From a virus (taxonomy: Duplodnaviria > Caudoviricetes): a stretch of 24,604 nucleotides of DNA. The notes beneath the pieces are model-generated. The model was not told where the DNA came from. It made no database searches and saw nothing but the letters and a program-made list of their open reading frames with translations. The DNA lies in IMG/VR virus record IMGVR_UViG_3300020707_000020, positions 1 through 24,604 of that record. One strand, written 5' to 3'. A program made the translations under genes and the position numbers. Positions within the stretch are counted from its first letter, which is position 1; every line of letters begins with the position of its first letter. Of this stretch, positions 23,506 through 24,604 are shown piece by piece.

Positions 23506-24285
23506 ATGGCAACTAAGAAGAAGGCAGTATCAAAAGAACCCGTACAACCGATTATTTTTATTGCCACCCCCATGTATGGCGGTATGTGCGCTGGCTTTTA
23601 CACTCAGTCGATATTGCAATCCATTAGCGTATTAAGCCAAGCGGGAATCCAAACTCAGTTTAGCTTTATGTTTAACGAGAGCTTGATTACTAGGGCTAGA
23701 AACGCTTTAGCGCATACTTTCTTGAAGTCCAACTCTACCCATTTGATGTTTATTGATGCAGACATCAAATTCAGACCAGAGGACATTGTGAGAATGATCC
23801 AAGCTGATAAAGACATCATCTGCGGTATCTACCCTAAAAAAGAGATCAATTGGAATAGCACCAAGCAAGCAATGGATGCAGGTGTTCCTAATGACCAGTT
23901 AAAGAGCCATACAGGAAGTTTTGTAGTTAACCTAGTTGACTATGCGGGTGAAGTTACTGTTCCCATAGATCAACCAGTAGAGATCTTTAATGGCGGTACT
24001 GGCTTTATGTTGATTAAACGCAAGGTGTTTGAGAAGCTCAAGAAAAAAGTACCTTCTTACACCAATGATGTAGGAGATCTTTCAGGTCAGTTAAATCACG
24101 CAGAGCAGATCCATGAATACTTTGCTACCTCGATTGAACCTGATAGCAATCGCTTGCTTTCAGAGGATTATCACTTTTGCCGTATTTGGAGATTAGCGGG
24201 TGGAAAAGTGTTTGCAGCGCCTTGGGCTAACTTAGGACATTTAGGAAGCTACTTGTTTGAAGGGCAACTTACTCCAGCGCCTTGA
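23506..24285 (+). CDS. GT-A fold glycosyltransferase-like phage protein
   Basis: IFIATPMYGG, ESLITRARN, the DxD motif LMFIDADIKF, GTGFMLIKRKVF and LSEDYHFC. Confidence 0.75.
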   Translation: MATKKKAVSKEPVQPIIFIATPMYGGMCAGFYTQSILQSISVLSQAGIQTQFSFMFNESLITRARNALAHTFLKSNSTHLMFIDADIKFRPEDIVRMIQADKDIICGIYPKKEINWNSTKQAMDAGVPNDQLKSHTGSFVVNLVDYAGEVTVPIDQPVEIFNGGTGFMLIKRKVFEKLKKKVPSYTNDVGDLSGQLNHAEQIHEYFATSIEPDSNRLLSEDYHFCRIWRLAGGKVFAAPWANLGHLGSYLFEGQLTPAP

Positions 24286-24469
24286 TCTTTAACCAGATAC
24301 GCTCATGTAGCCAATACAGGGCTATCTTGGTAAATAACTCTATAAACGCAATGGAGAAAGCAAGGGAGACATGACCAGTGATAATCCAAGACAAAACAAA
24401 TGTGTCAAGGCTACCTGTCATGCGCCAAGTAACTGCTTTAGCTAAAGACTTGTAATGAGAGTCGATGAT
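24269..24469 (-). CDS. DUF2061-like small membrane protein (start codon unclear)
   Basis: It reads IIDSHYKSLAKAVTWRMTGSLDTFVLSWIITGHVSLAFSIAFIELFTKIALYWLHERIW. The S-x-x-KA-x-TWR and Y-x-HER-x-W motifs match DUF2061. There is no ATG/GTG/TTG before the first motif. Confidence 0.7.
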   Translation of the reverse strand: MIDSHYKSLAKAVTWRMTGSLDTFVLSWIITGHVSLAFSIAFIELFTKIALYWLHERIWLKIKALE

Positions 24470-24470
24470 C

Positions 24471-24602
24471 CTAACCCTTTTTACTTGCTCGCTTGGATCG
24501 TTTTGATTTACGCTTTTCTGATAGCGCTATTGCTACCGCTTGTTTTTGCTTTCGACCTTCTCCTATCAGCTTGCGGATGTTTGCTGACACAGTCTTATTT
24601 GT
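24471..24602 (-). CDS. Small basic phage protein (partial, start outside the window)
   Basis: It reads TNKTVSANIRKLIGEGRKQKQAVAIALSEKRKSKRSKRASKKG*. The QAVAIALS motif is common in small phage virion-module proteins. Confidence 0.7.
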   Translation of the reverse strand, partial: TNKTVSANIRKLIGEGRKQKQAVAIALSEKRKSKRSKRASKKG

Positions 24603-24604
24603 TA

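Noticed and set aside
1-24604. tRNA, rRNA, integrase/att sites, IS elements
   Set aside because: No cloverleaf with T-loop consensus, rRNA-like sequence, recombinase or transposase motifs were seen by eye. tRNAscan-SE and HMM searches would be needed to exclude them fully.

Overview
This is a 24.6 kb segment of a tailed dsDNA phage genome, with a podovirus-like gene order. The host cannot be determined from the sequence, and no integrase, DNA polymerase, primase or helicase is visible in the window. The left half (1-13129, minus strand) is a late/morphogenesis operon: small ORFs, a GT2-like glycosyltransferase coupled to the large terminase, portal, scaffold, major capsid, putative decoration proteins, adaptor, tail hub and a C1q-type fibre. 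A non-coding block with CTATAGAC-type repeats (~13884-14362) precedes a plus-strand early/middle region. That region encodes ArdC, a C5-methyltransferase-like gene split at a G8 tract, YqaJ exonuclease, HNH, a RecT-like protein, an SSB-like protein, RusA, a wHTH protein, and a coupled cassette of minimal TPP-enzyme alpha and beta subunits, a radical SAM enzyme and a glycosyltransferase-like protein. The most unusual signals are not in the ORF track. (1) A 10-nt leader motif AACCTAACTA sits just upstream of the Shine-Dalgarno (SD) of six early genes, with a complementary copy inside a structured intergenic segment after rusA; this is a candidate antisense regulon. (2) A promoter-driven ~300-nt minus-strand structured RNA has a 23-bp helix whose four mismatches are all G-U, and it ends in G-tracts. 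(3) Two 13-aa Arg/Lys micro-peptides, each with its own SD and flanked by hairpins, lie between portal and scaffold. (4) The methyltransferase-like gene may be phase-variable. (5) There is a candidate branched-sugar glycosylation pathway.
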